A stretch of 64,000 nucleotides of DNA from positions 125,984,001 to 126,048,000 of the forward strand of contig OZ024742.1 in the NCBI GenBank assembly GCA_964016885.1, written 5' to 3'. Positions 48,330 through 61,675 of the stretch are shown piece after piece. Every line of letters begins with the position of its first letter. Position 1 is the stretch's first letter. The notes beneath the pieces are model-generated. The model searched no databases and was not told the origin of the DNA. It was given only the letters and a program-made list of their open reading frames with translations. Source of the stretch: Eledone cirrhosa (lineage: Eukaryota). The translations under genes were made by a program, and so were the position numbers.

Positions 48330-50020
48330 AACAAGTCGGTTAGAGAATATCATAAGTTGGTTAGAGAATATCATAAGTCGGTGAGAGAATATCATAAGTC
48401 GGTTAGAGAATGTCATAAGTCGGTTAGAGAATGTCATAAGTCGGTTAGAGAATATCATAAGTCGGTTAGAGAATGTCATTAGTCGGTTAGAGAATATCAT
48501 AAGTCGGTTAGAGAATATCATAAGTCGGTTAGAGAATATCATAAGTCGGTTAGAGAATATCATAAGTCGGTTAGAGAATATCATAAGTCGGTTAGAGAAT
48601 ATCATAAGTCGGTTAGAGAATGTCATAAGTCAATTAGAGAATGCCATTAGTCGGTTAGAGAATATCATTAGTCGGTTAGAGAATATCATAAGTCGGTTAG
48701 AGAATGTCATAAGTCGGTTAGAGAATGTCATAAGTCAGTTAGAGAATGTCATAAGTCGGTTAGAGAATGCCATTAGTCGGTTAGAGAATATCATAAGTCG
48801 GTTAGAGAATGTCATAAGTCGGTTAGAGAATGTCATAAGTCGGTTAGAGAATGTCATAAGTCGGTTAGAGAATGCCATTAGTCGGTTAGAGAATATCATA
48901 AGTCGGTTAGAGAATATCATAAGTCGGTTAGAGAATGTCATAAGTCGGTTAGAGAATGTCATTAGTCGTTTAGAGAATATCATAAGTCGGTTAGAGAATG
49001 TCATTAGTCGGTTAGAGAATATCATAAGTCGGTTAGAGAATGTCATAAGTCGGTTAGAGAATATCATAAGTCGGTTAGAGAATGCCATTAGTCGGTTAGA
49101 GAATATCATAAGTCGGTTAGAGAATGTCATAAGTCGGTTAGAGAATGTCATAAGTCGGTTAGAGAATGTCATAAGTCAGTTAGAGAATGTCATTAGTCGT
49201 TTAGAGAATATCATAAGTCGGTTAGAGAATGTCATTAGTCGGTTAGAGAATGTCATTAGTCGGTTAGAGAATATCATTAGTCGGTTAGAGAATATCATTA
49301 GTCGGTTAGAGAATATCATAAGTCGGTTAGAGAATGCCATTAGTCGGTTAGAGAATATCGTAAGTCGGTTAGAGAATATCATAAGTCGGTTAGAGAATAT
49401 CATAAGTCGGTTAGAGAATATCATAAGTCGGTTAGAGAATGCCATTAGTCGGTTAGAGAATGCCATTAGTCGGTTAGAGAATGCCATTAGTCGGTTAGAG
49501 AATGCCATTAGTCGGTTAGAGAATATCATAAGTCGGTTAGAGAATATCATAAGTCGGTTAGAGAATATTATAAGTCGGTTAGAGAATGTCATAAGTCAGT
49601 TAGAGAATGTCATAAGTCGGTTAGAGAATGTCATAAGTCGGTTAAAGAATATCATAAGTCAGTTAGAGAATAGCATAAGTCTGTTAGAATATGCCATAAG
49701 TCTGTTAGAATATGTCATCAATCTGTTAGAATATGTCATCAATCTGTTAGAATATGTCATCAATCTGTTAGAATATGTCATCAGTCTGTTAGAATATGTC
49801 ATCAGTCTGTTAGAATATGTCATCAGTCTGTTAGAATATGTCATCAGTCTGTTAGAATATGTCATCAGTCTGTTAGAATATGTCATCAGTCTGTTAGAAT
49901 ATGTCATCAATCTGTTAGAGTATGTCATCAGTCTGTCACAGTATGTCATAAGTCTGTCACAGAATATCATAAGTCTGTCACAGTATATCATAAGTCTGCC
50001 ACAGTATATCAGTCTCTTAC
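48330..50020. repeat. 21-bp minisatellite AGTCGGTTAGAGAAT(A/G)TCATA, ~1.7 kb
   Basis: Direct reading; units diverge progressively toward 50020. Confidence 0.97.
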
Positions 50021-50029
50021 AGTACATTA

Positions 50030-50530
50030 TAAGTGCAAGAATTGCAGGAGCTGGTGCAGTAATGCACCAGCTTCAGCATTCAATAATCAGAAGAAGGGAG
50101 GTAGATGTAAAAGCCAAACTCGCTATCTTCAATTTGGTGTTCATGCTAACTCTTGTCTATGGTTATGAATCTTGGGTAAAGATCAAAAGAATACGATCGT
50201 GAATAAAAGCAACCGAAATGGGGTTCCTCCAAAGGGTCTTTGGAGTAACGTTACTCAATAGAGTGTGTTACTCGAGACCAGAGAGTCACTCCAGGTAGAG
50301 CCACGACTTCTCTAAATTGAGAGATCACAGCTCTGATACTATGGGCATGTGGTTAGAATGTCTCAGGAAAGAATCACCGGACAGATTTTATAGACAAAAC
50401 CAACTGGCAGGAGACCCAGGAGTAGACCCTGAGCAAGATGGTTGGATAACATCCTTCAGCTCAGCTGGTCTTGCTTGAGGATTCAGCCATATCAGTTGAA
50501 GATGGTTGCTTCTGACAGGACCTGCTGGAA
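50030..50530 (+). mobile_element. Decayed RTE-like 3' fragment
   Basis: LTLVYGYESW..EMGFLQR..YGHVVRM..TGRRPRSRP motifs. Confidence 0.7.
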
Positions 50531-51061
50531 TAAGTGAGCGAAAAAGAAGCTGTAAAAGGAACATCACATTTCATAACTAGTATTATTTATATATATGGAA
50601 AGGAAATTTGGAAAACTAAAAAGATAGTTCCAAATTTTAAGTGTCATTTGCTGCAGTCAATGGATGATCTCACCTCACTTAATCTATGACTGTGCATTCA
50701 GAATATTTATTAAAATTGTTTCTTTCAGAGCTGTTTAATCCTCCTGTCATTATTCTTAACCATTTTGATACCAAACCACCTGAAACCATCCATAGTTCTA
50801 AGACACAAAACTGTTTATTTAAAGTTTTTATATTTATCTAAAAACCTTCCATCATAATCTTATGCAAGAGCTTTTGTTAAGTACATGCTAAACACCAAAG
50901 AAAGTAAAATTATGGATTATTTATGCAATAGCTTTCATTAAAAATATGCTAATGAAAAGGTTAAACTAATACAGCTAGGTATGGAATATTTCTGCAGGAA
51001 AAATCCACCAGCATTATCAGTTTCAATATTATATGATGAATAAGTCTTTAAGACAACATAA

Positions 51062-51249
51062 TTGTTTCTACTTTTGGCACAAGGCCAGCAATTATCTCAG
51101 TGTATTACTGGTACTTTATTTTATCGACTCCATAAGGATGAAAGGCAAAGTTAACCTTGGCGGGATTTAAACTCAGACCATAAAGGGCCGTAACTCTTTG
51201 CTGCAAAGCATGGCGTCCGACCCTCTACCAATACTGCCAATCCACCGCC
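51062..51249 (-). mobile_element. SINE family A
   Basis: TSD CTTTAAGACAA(C/T)ATAAT on both sides. Confidence 0.88.
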
Positions 51250-51391
51250 TTTAAGACAATATAATGCCCATTTGTCTTCATCCAGCGTCATCAAATCTGC
51301 GAAGCCAAATGTTCTCACATCAGACCTGATCTATATAAAACCTTTCCTCCAAAAAATAGTTTGTTTTTTTTTTAAAAAACAATGCACATAC

Positions 51392-51451
51392 CTCCATAAA
51401 CTTCAGAAGTGGATGCCAATAAAATCCTAGCTCGCACGCGTTTGGCCAAAC
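51392..51451 (-). CDS. UXS1: UXS1 exon (GLAKRVRARILLASTSEVYG)
   Basis: CAAG/GTATG boundaries; 60 nt; catalytic STSEVYG motif. Confidence 0.96.
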
Positions 51452-51559
51452 CTTGAGAAAATATTGTAAAATATTCATGAGAAATATTTGCCACATTTTT
51501 CCTGACTGTAGAATACAAAAACAACACTTTGAGTATAATATAACAGTTAACCTTAATAT

Positions 51560-52917
51560 TACCGGCTGCCCATGGAAACTACTATACACAGATTATCTAA
51601 CTCTCATAGCTGAATCTATGACTGAACTAGAGAAGACATTCCAAACATGGAAGCATGGCCTAGAATCAAAAGGTCTTAAAATTAACTTGTCTAAGACTAA
51701 AGTTCTAGTTTGTAGAAAGGAAAATAGGGCACAGGTGCCCTCTGGGAAATGGCCATGCTCAGTGTGTAGGAAAGGAGTAGGCAGAAATTCCATTTTATGT
51801 CCCAAATGCAAACTATGGGTACATAAAAGATGTAGTGGGATCACAGGTAAACTATCTAAGAACGTAGATGTTATATGTGGCCGATGCTCAGGTGCAATAA
51901 GTAGCAAGTGCCCACAGGATACTAGCTCCTTCTATTGCCCAGATGGTTCTATAGAAATAGTGGACACTTTCCATTACCTGGGTGACAAAATCAGCAGTGG
52001 TGGAGGGTGCTCTGAAAGTACAGTAGCCAGAGTCAGAACGGGATGGAAAAAGTTCGGAGAGCTTATACTGCTGTTGGCCACAAAAAGTTTCTCTCTAAAA
52101 ATGAAAGGCAGATTATATGATGCCTGTATACGAACAGCAATGTTGCATGGCAGTGAGACCTGGGCATTGTGTGCAGAGGACCTGCGTAGACTGGATGTGT
52201 AATAGTAATATACACGAACAGCAAAGCATAAATGAACTAAGTGAGAAATTAGGAATAAGAGGGATCAGATGCTGTTTACTTGAGAGAAGACTGTGTTGGT
52301 ATGGTCACGTGAAGCACATGAAAGACTGTATAAAAAAGTGCAAGGCGATCAAAATTGATGGAAGTTACAGAGTAGGTAGACCCAGAAAAATCTGGGACGT
52401 TTTGATAAATTCCGACCTTACACACTTGCACCTCTCTAAGACAATGTCACTGGACCGAGATCTTTGGCGCTACACAGTAATACAGAAGACCCACCTTGCC
52501 TATGTACAAAGCAAAACCTAGTCAGTAGGCACCTCTTAACTAAATATACACCCCAATCCACTACCCCTACCCTCCCACTCCCACCAACACCACCCTCTCT
52601 CTGTAAAGTTGGTACCACAACATCCAGTCCAAATAAATGAGATAATGAGATCGAGATCATGTGGGTGTCAAGACAAAAAAACACAGTCCACACTGTAATG
52701 TGGCCGTGTAGGTAACACGGTAAAAAGTTCCCAGTTCCACACTGTAAATGTGGTTGGTGTTAGGAAGGGCATCCAGCCATGGAAAACCTGCCAAATAGTC
52801 CTATATGAGCGAGACACGGTCACCCGACCAGCCTTGCCTGAAGTAGGACAACTCTCGTCTAACCCATGCTAGCATGGAAGGTGGACGTTAAATGAAGATG
52901 ATGATGATGATGATGAT
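51560..52917 (+). mobile_element. Second 5'-truncated copy of the same RTE LINE family
   Basis: High similarity to 43232-44583, including 3' UTR and (GAT)n tail. Confidence 0.92.
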
Positions 52918-53077
52918 TATTCTACTTTTTATGTAAACCTGGGAAAGAAAGATTCCTGTGACACAAGGTCATGTTTTCTTTTCTTTTTTGTTGTTGTTGT
53001 TTACTGGCTTTTTTAATGTATATTTTATTTGTTGTTATGTGAATACAACAACATAACCAACACTTAATACTGTAATG

Positions 53078-53315
53078 GACCTTCAGGGATAGTTGCTGAG
53101 ATGCTGAAAGCGTCTGGGATGGTGGGACACACCATAGTCACCCATATTGTAAACCAAGTAATACAAAATGGGGTCGTACCCAATGACTGGCATAGCAGCA
53201 GCAGCATCAACTGCTACAAGGGCAAAGGAGAAGCTCTAGACAGAGAAAACTATAGAGGCATTAAGTTGGTTGACCAGGTCATGAAGGTCACAGAAAGAGT
53301 TATTGCACAGCTGAT
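53078..53315 (+). mobile_element. Internal RT fragment of the same RTE family
   Basis: Matches ~42615-42853 (MLKASG..NYRGIKL..IAQLI). Confidence 0.85.
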
Positions 53316-54619
53316 ATATCATATATATAAAGTTTATAATAGGTTTGTTATGTTTGGTTACATGTCTCAATTTTGCAGTAGCCTCAAATGTATGTTCCAC
53401 ATTAAAAAAAAAAATGATCTCATTACTTAGTATGCAAAATGTATGTTTGACAGGATGCAACGTGTTAAACAGTAAATGTATTCTTTTTTCTAAAGAGAGA
53501 AAAAGAAAATCTAATTTATTGAAAAACACTTATTCTGTTCTATGTTAAAAATAAATTAAAAACAAATCGATTAAAAAACAACCATGGTTTAATTTATTTT
53601 TATTTGCCTTGACATAAACACATTTCAAATAAAAAGTGCCAAGGCCAACTGCATAGTTCAGATTTCCTCCAACAAAACTCTCTCCACATATATATATTAC
53701 GTAATTCCAATTGTTTTCTTTCACAATCATTAACACTTAACATATATTTTTCCATGCTAGCATGGCTTAGACAATTTGCCCTATTGTGAGACAAGTCCAA
53801 TCAGATGACCGTGTCTTGCTCATACAGAACTGTTTCTGGCTTGGTTTCTAAGGCTGGATGCCCTTCCTAACACCACCCACATTTACAGTATGGACTGGGT
53901 GTTTTTTATCATGGAAAGCAACCAATTTACAGGGTGGACTGGGCGCTTTTTGTTGTCACTAACATGACCACTTCACTGGATGGACTGGATGCTTTGTTGT
54001 TGCTTTAACCAAAGAAAGCTTTGATCAGGCAGACTTATCACCAGAGATGTTCCAACCATGACAAACACATCTTATTCTCAAGCATAGTATATACATTATA
54101 CTTTGCATTCTTCTGTATATCCACAAATGATTTAACCCTTAATATCCACAAATGATTTAGCAAAAAATATCTTTCAAATGTTTACAGTATCTTTACTTAT
54201 GGATAGATCACTGTGAAAGTTAGCAGTAAGCTAAAGTAATTAATTTTGACTTTAATTGTTAATGTGATGCAATAATGCCATTGTGTACTTTTCAAGAATC
54301 ACTTTCTAATGCAGTTTCATGTGGTTCAGGATGTTAAGAGTGTTGCATATGATTTGAGGGAGATGTGAGTGTTATTTCTAACAGGTACACCAACCACATA
54401 GCGGATACTTTGTCAGCTCAATAAGATATCTTGTTTGATGGTTAGGTTTTCTAGTAATCAAAATGACAAAATATTGTTCATATGTTAAGGATTATTAGCA
54501 AAGTAAACCCTATGAGAGAGAGAGAGAACCTGATAACTGTAGAGATAAGACTTGAAATCTAGACCACATATATATTTAATAATCTAATACCTAATGGTGA
54601 TGTACAATTGTAATATTAT

Positions 54620-54852
54620 TGGTTTGATTCTTGGACTGGGTTGTGTGTTGTGTTCTTGAACAAAACACTTTATTTTACGTTGTTCCAATACACTCAACTA
54701 AAATGTAAGTACCAGCAGTAACTGGGGAGTTAATCCTGCGATACACTGGCGTCCTATCTAGGGAGAGTCTTGTACTCTGTCACTTAATGCCAAGGAAACC
54801 AGAGATAAGCACCGACCTGATGAGCCTTTGGCTTAGAACAGACTTTAACTTA
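54620..54852 (+). mobile_element. SINE family B
   Basis: Core TGTTCTTGAACAAAACACTT plus the family tail. Confidence 0.75.
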
Positions 54853-55519
54853 AGCTCACAGGTGTTAGAACTTTTATCAAAACATACTCACTCACATACA
54901 TACATACATGCTGACAGACATATAGACATACATAGAGACACAGACACGCTTGCACATGCAAATATACATGCATTAAAAAAGGTGTGTATACACAAAAAAG
55001 CTATGCATACACCATGTTAGATTAAAGAGTAATTTATATTTTAAAAAGTGTGTGCATGAAAGTTTATTGCATAATAAAACTTCATATAGACAGCATTTAA
55101 AGCATGTGATGTCATATGTTTATGTCCAGCATAAACAATACACCCCACAGTGTAGCAGTTGAAGAAAGATCATCATCACTGTCGATGCCATCATTTTAAC
55201 ATCTGCTTTCCCTACTAGCAAGGGTTGGATGGGTCTATATAGACCAAGTCTGTACTACAGCAGGGCTGCTAATCTCCCAGACAGACCAGGGATCTTCATC
55301 TCTCTTATGTATGGTTTCACGTTCTACCTAGTGCATAGGAGAGGTTGCCATGTCTTTGACACATCTAAGGGTATATATGTGATATATTATAAAAACTGCC
55401 TTAGAAAAAATTTAGTGCAACGCATACTAACATGGAAAAGCTGGCGTAAAAGTGACGATGAGGAGAGTGAACCAAGTGTTAATGGAAAAAAACAGGAAAA
55501 CTGAAGTAAAATAACATAC

Positions 55520-55624
55520 CAAGGACATTGATGGTTCCAAGTGTGTTGGTTTTTATAGTTTTTATAGGGTTGTACATGTAGTTTGGTGGTGATGCTGGTG
55601 ATGCTAAGTGATAGATTTGGTCGA
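55520..55624 (-). CDS. UXS1: UXS1 exon ([36 protein letters not shown])
   Basis: ATACAG/GTATG boundaries; 105 nt. Confidence 0.97.
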
Positions 55625-56534
55625 CTGTATGAAAGAAAAGAGAAAATCATTTCAATGGTCCATCAAACAACAGGAATACAAAGAGATTTTTAAGTTTGTT
55701 GTTGCTGAATTAAAGAAAAAAAATGAGTAAAAAACCAGTCACTACACAAATTCACTGGTTTTACATCTTTGAACTCTTTTGATACTAAACTGAAACTGTG
55801 CCCTAGTTCTACAATGAAAATTTGTTTATTCAAAATGTTTATTATCATTATCACTTAATGTTCATTTTCCATGCTTTCATGAGTTACTAAAAAAAAAAAA
55901 TCAACATAATATTATGTAAGATTTGTAAGTTATGTTCCAACAGTTGGTTCTTTTGAAAATTATTTAAAGAAACATAGGCAGGTTTTCAATAGAAATCATG
56001 TAATGATGGGACTGATTTTTCCATGGGCTATAAGCAAGGGAAACCTATCTAGGAGAGCAATTACTCTAGCTTTTTTTTGTCTTGCCACAGACAATCTCTC
56101 TAGTGCCAATAGCATAGTAAAAAGCACCCAGTCCATGCCGTAAAATAGTTTGTGAAAGCAAAGACATAAAAACATTAAACCAAGCCATAAACAATGAAGA
56201 CTATCAGTTTTTTCTGTTGCTGTTGATGGCTAATGACAAAAGAGCAAGAAAAGTAAGAAATGTAAGGAGTTCTATTGTTTGTCAAGCACACACCACAATG
56301 AAGAAACAATGCTGATGTTGAAACTAAGGATGAAGGAGGATAATCCCCATGGCCCTTGGCTTCATTTAGTGGAGCCCACTTAGCTGGAACCCTTTCAGCC
56401 AGGTCACCTGTATGGGGATAATCTCTTCCCTTCTTTCAATCAGTCACATGAACCCTGAAAAAGAGTCATGTACATGCAGACCCCTTTCTTCTAACTAAAA
56501 TATTGAAAAAATGATTACAAAAATAAACCCTTAC

Positions 56535-56715
56535 CTTCAATATACAATGGGTTGACAATATCATGGTGGAGTAATTCAAAATTTTCATGACCTATCCAAT
56601 GTTCTATATTTCTCTTGCGACCAGTGAAGAAATTATCAACGACTGTGACTTCATGGCCGTGGATCATCAAACGATCTACCAAGTGGGATCCAACAAAACC
56701 TGCACCACCGGTAAT
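56535..56715 (-). CDS. UXS1: UXS1 exon with the NAD-binding GGAGFVG motif (ITGGAGFVGSHLVDRLMIHGHEVTVVDNFFTGRKRN..PLYIE)
   Basis: TTTCAG/GTAAG boundaries; 181 nt; Rossmann motif. Confidence 0.98.
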
Positions 56716-58401
56716 CTGAAATTAAGCAACAGATGGACTGGACAATCAAAAGAGGTTAAATTATACAGACAAATTTGTCAAGAGGACGTATGTGAATAAG
56801 CATGCATGCATATAAAAATGGCATAATATAATAAAGGGAGGAGTGCAGGACTGCATCCAGAATATATTTTTGTTATCCCGTTTGTAAAATAAGTTGGATT
56901 ACTTTGAATAAATAATGAATGAATATTACATAATTTATGTACTAAATTTCGTAACTCTTGATTGAATATAAATAATTTTATTGCTTATTTCAATATTCAC
57001 TTCTTTAACATTTTCAAATGTTAACACTTCTGGTTAGCACCCGTTATATTATAACATCGCTTATATAAACACTCATATATTTCCATCGCTAATTTTCTCC
57101 TAATGCAGTTTATATATATCATCTTTTTTAATGTATCATGGATTACATTACTGATTGCAGAAGAGAGTGTAACACAGTCTCTCTTCAATTTCTGTGCATA
57201 TTCTCAATTACAATTTTATTTGATGTATATCTAAATGCATATATATTTGTGTATAATATCAATATGCACACTACACAAACTAGCAGAAAACCACCCAAAG
57301 GGTGGTTTTTCTGCTAGTGTATATAATAATATTGAGCCAGACAACTAGATAGATAGATAGATAGATAGATAGATATAAATAGATATTTATAAGAATTTTT
57401 TGTCCTATTGTGTTGCATAATGCAATTAAAAGCAATTTTGCGATTTTATATTTAATGCTCCATCGAGTTTTTCTTATAGACCACTTTCTTAAGAATCTTT
57501 ATGTATCACAGTCTCAGATATAACTTAATGTAAAACAAACAGTTCAAATGTGATTGGAACACTTTTAGTTTTTTATCTGTTTCAGGCCATGGCTGTGGCC
57601 ATGCTGGAGTATAGATTGTATTTTGTTTCAGACATTTCTTGTGTCTGAAGCAATATAGTTAACTTTCAAGAGGTCTATCTCCCTAGCTATAAATAGATAC
57701 TGCAGGGTAAGAGATCACCAAAAGATTAGATGCAACTGCACAGGAATTGCACATTTTTATGGCTTAGTCAGAGGTTGAAGGAAATAGCCATAGTATCTTT
57801 GTAGACCTATGATTAATGGGAGAAAGGGAATAAGTTATTCTAAGACTAGAGAGTTCACCTGAATGTTTGCAATAAAGTAGACTGCTAAAAACACCCAACG
57901 ACCAGGCGATAGATTAAGTCTACTTCCACTTAAAACATCTAAGAATCAATAGAACAGAACACTCATTGATGGGTACCTTGAATAGCAAGGAAACAATCAA
58001 CTGACTCGATTATCTAACAATTGATGGATCTACTAAGGAATGACTACCAGCAACCAATTTGCTGACCCAAGGAGGAAATACAGAAACTATTATAGGGAAA
58101 TTGATCAGAAAGTTTCCAGGCCTCATTCACTTAACGAGTGGGGTTGAACTCGTCAAATTGGACCAAGGAAACAATGTTTTCATTGGTCTTTCTATTGCTG
58201 ATACTATCTACCGGTCACATCATCTGGCAGAAGGAACCTCAAGGACAAAATGCATCCCTCAAACCCAGAATTGAACTCACAACTTCAAGATCATGAATCC
58301 AATTCTTTAACCACTAAGCCACATGCCTTCACAAACTAGTTGATGTGAAAGAATTATGAAACAAAAGGTGAATGACATTGTTAACAATAAAATATTCTTA
58401 C

Positions 58402-58459
58402 TAAAATGCGCTTCCGGTCTTTATAAGTTAAAAATGTAACATCGGGATACTTCTTTTTC
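58402..58459 (-). CDS. UXS1: UXS1 exon (KKKYPDVTFLTYKDRKRIL)
   Basis: TTTCAG/GTAAG boundaries; matches human KYPPVKFLSEKDRKRIL. Confidence 0.93.
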
Positions 58460-58509
58460 CTGAAATAGATATATATGAAACACATATGTACACAACAGCA
58501 AATAAACAC

Positions 58510-58970
58510 AGTGTATATGTGTGTGCATTTTAGCCATCACAGCTAAGGTTCTATGTATGTGTGTGCATTTTAACCATCATAGTTAAAGTTTTGTGTATGT
58601 GTGCATGTTTTAGCAATCATAGCTAAGGCTTTGTGTATGTGTGTATTTAAGCCATCACAGCTAAGGTCCTGTGTATAATGTGTGTGTGTTTTAGCCATCA
58701 CAGCTAAAGGCAATAGTCTGTGTATATGTATTTTAGCCACCCTATGTATATGTATGTACTTTAAGCATAACTGATAAGATCCTATGTATGTATATTTTAG
58801 CCATCACAAGCTAAGGCCCGGTGTATATGCATATGGTTTAGTCACCAAAGCTAAGGCGCTATGTATATGCATGTGTTTTAGTCATCACAGTTAAAGCTAT
58901 GTGTATATGTATATGGTTTAGCCATCAGAGCTAAGGCTCTTTATATATGTGTGTTTTAGCTATCTAAGCA
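58510..58970. repeat. Degenerate ~37-bp tandem repeat (TGTGT..TTTAGCCATCACAGCTAAGG)
   Basis: Direct reading. Confidence 0.8.
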
Positions 58971-59169
58971 ATTTTCTCAGTCTGTGTATAAACAACTTAT
59001 TTATGTTTGCTTAGATACACATACAGCTAGAAAGCCATTGAACTAATATATCAACTGATATATTAATAACACATTCATTAATGTATACACAACAACCTAA
59101 TAACCTTTAGGGTAAAAAGTTTTTAATTCCTGCATTTAACCATGTGTGTGTATACATACATGTAGGTGT

Positions 59170-59201
<32 letters not shown>

Positions 59202-59450
59202 TTATCCTTATCGAGCCCTCTTTGGATTTTACTCTTCAAATTTATTATTATTACTATATATATATGTATATATATTGTTATATTTGGTGAGGGTCATATT
59301 GTTATAATATTGCCAGAAATAATAACAGAACACACTCACTGTTTGGTTTGGGTTGGTTTTCGCTTCTGTATCTTTTAAATCTCCATAGTTAATTTATCTG
59401 GCAATCAATGTTTATCATTGATTGACCAACAGTTAAAAATACAGATATAG

Positions 59451-59481
<31 letters not shown>

Positions 59482-60734
59482 ATCAAAATTCTTTCATCAC
59501 ACATCTGTGACATTATCAGTGGTACTATTATGTTTCCTCCCATTGTATTGTAATGCCAATGCCATTTTTATTATATTTATTTATTTATTTATTTATTTTT
59601 GTCTCTGTCTCTGAGCATATATGTGTTTCCTTAAAAAAAATATATATATATATTTATATTCACAATGTTCAAAATGCATTTGTTGGTGCAGATGCACCAA
59701 CAAATGCATTTTGTTCATCTATGCATGGAAAATCTACAATATAGTTATATCAGTGATGTAATGTGTGGAAGAAGAACGACTCATATATTTATATCAGCAG
59801 ATATAACTATTGTAGTGAGAGAGTGCAAAGTGGTTTGTCCAGTCTGTGCATTGAGAAATTACTGCTACAATGGCTAAGGCAGTTGGCAGCAAATAATGAT
59901 GTAATGAGTGGAAGAGGGATGACTCATCACTTGCCTAAGGACAGTGCTAGCAGTAAAGTAAAAAATGAGATATATCTTGAGTTTAAAGCCAGTTTAGATA
60001 TCAATCAGTTGAAAAAAAAAAAAACAGAATTGCAAAGAAATACAGAGGTAATAGAATGGCAAAAATACCATTTACTCCCATTTCTGACTGTTCTGTGAAG
60101 TGGGAGAAAAATATTCTAAAAGTAGCAAAGTTATAGAAAATATATTCCCTATAATCCCAACTGTGTCATTAGTTTAGTAAGTGGTTTCAATTGATCTAGA
60201 TTTATTGTTGTTTTGTCAAGGTTTCTATGGCCAATGTCTTGTGAATGACAGAAACAGTAAGGAAGCCTGCCGTATGAGAGAGAGAGAGAGTTTTTTCTTG
60301 TTTGACATTACAGGTCATATTTGCATTTATGCATAAAGAGATCTCATTGTTCACTGGTTAGACATGAGAAGATATGTCCTTTGCTTGAAAACAGCACTAG
60401 AGAAGTTGTCATGTTTTTGACACAACTAAAGGATCCTCCCAACCCTTTATTTGATAACTTTCTACAGCTGGATTGTAAAATGTTGAAACCAAAACATGAA
60501 TGAGTTCAGAATTAGAAAGCTTCAGTATTCTGAACTGCAAGAAGAAAAGGTGATCAGGTGCAGGGAAATATTTGTGTGCTAGGTTTGTTTAGTAAAAGAC
60601 ACTCATCCAACACAAATGCATATACAGACATACACAAATTGTTCAAGTAATTTTTTTTGCCATTGTGATTTATTTATTATACCTCATTGTTTTATTGTGA
60701 ATAGTTATAAATATATTACTGTATGAGTAACATT

Positions 60735-61030
60735 TAAGTGTAATGTCTGTCTCAAGCCTGGAGGTTGTAATGTCGATGCTTATCCTGGTTTTCGTGGTGT
60801 TAAGCGATTGGGAGTACATGACCCCCTTCTTGGACAAGATGCTAGTCCACCGCAGAGTTAAACCCCAGTTACTGTTAGTACTCATTTTCAGCTGAGTATA
60901 CTGGCACAACGTGAAATGACATGATTAAAATATTTTGTTCAAGAACACAATACACAACCCAGACCAGGAATCGAACCCACAACATTATGGTCATAAGTCC
61001 AACGCCCTTAGCACTAGGCAATGCACCTCG
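60735..61030 (-). mobile_element. SINE family B, near full length
   Basis: Reverse complement reads GCCTAGTG..GGGTTCGATTCC..CTTGAACAAAATATTT..tail. Confidence 0.8.
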
Positions 61031-61630
61031 ATCATAGATTTTTTTACATTATTGTTATTAATGTTATGTTTATGTTGTGCTGTATGCTTGTTGTTTTCAT
61101 ATGTATAACTATTGTTGTATCATATTGCATTGTTATGTCATATTGTCAACTGAACCACAAGGAATGTTAACTGACATTATATATACACACAAAAACAAAA
61201 ACACAAAATAGGCATAGATTGCAATTGAACAAGGGATTTGAACTCTTGTTTCACTGTCACTAAACAAATGAATAAAAGTATAAGAATAAAACAATATCTC
61301 CCATTAAGATAGAAGCTTCTACATGATTGCTCTAATTTCCAGAAACAGCCAAATATCCCATCAGTTCACAATGAATGTGTCCTTCTACTTAAAAAGAAAG
61401 GACACATTAAGTAATGATGTCCTAAATACACTGTGTCTGAAAAATAGATAGAATGATCATGGCTGGAATACTTTTTATTTCAAAGGGTTTTGTTTTTAAT
61501 AATTATTATTAGAGCTGACCAGGATGGCTAAACAATAACATAATAATAATAACGAATGTTTCAATCAGAGTAAATGGATTTGATAGGTTTGTAAATATAT
61601 AAAACTAATTGCAATGCTGTCGATACTCAC

Positions 61631-61675
61631 CTTAAAGAAATCTCTAACAAAAAAAGGTATTTCCTGATATTCTGA
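61631..61675 (-). CDS. UXS1: Probable UXS1 stem-region exon (QNIRKYLFLLEISLR)
   Basis: Strong TTTTGTTTTTAG acceptor and AG|GTGAGT donor; 45 nt, phase 2-2, in frame with the 58402-58459 exon; little sequence homology. Confidence 0.55.

Noticed and set aside
48321-50027. MIFSNRL heptad-repeat ORFs
   Set aside because: Translation of a 21-bp intronic minisatellite, interrupted by stops.
51453-52202. 249-aa ORF adjacent to a UXS1 exon as a host gene
   Set aside because: Intron sequence running in frame into a truncated RTE RT on the opposite strand to UXS1.
59280-59330. Possible hammerhead TGGTGAGGG..CCAGAAATAA
   Set aside because: Core has several substitutions and stem I is unconvincing; too decayed to call.
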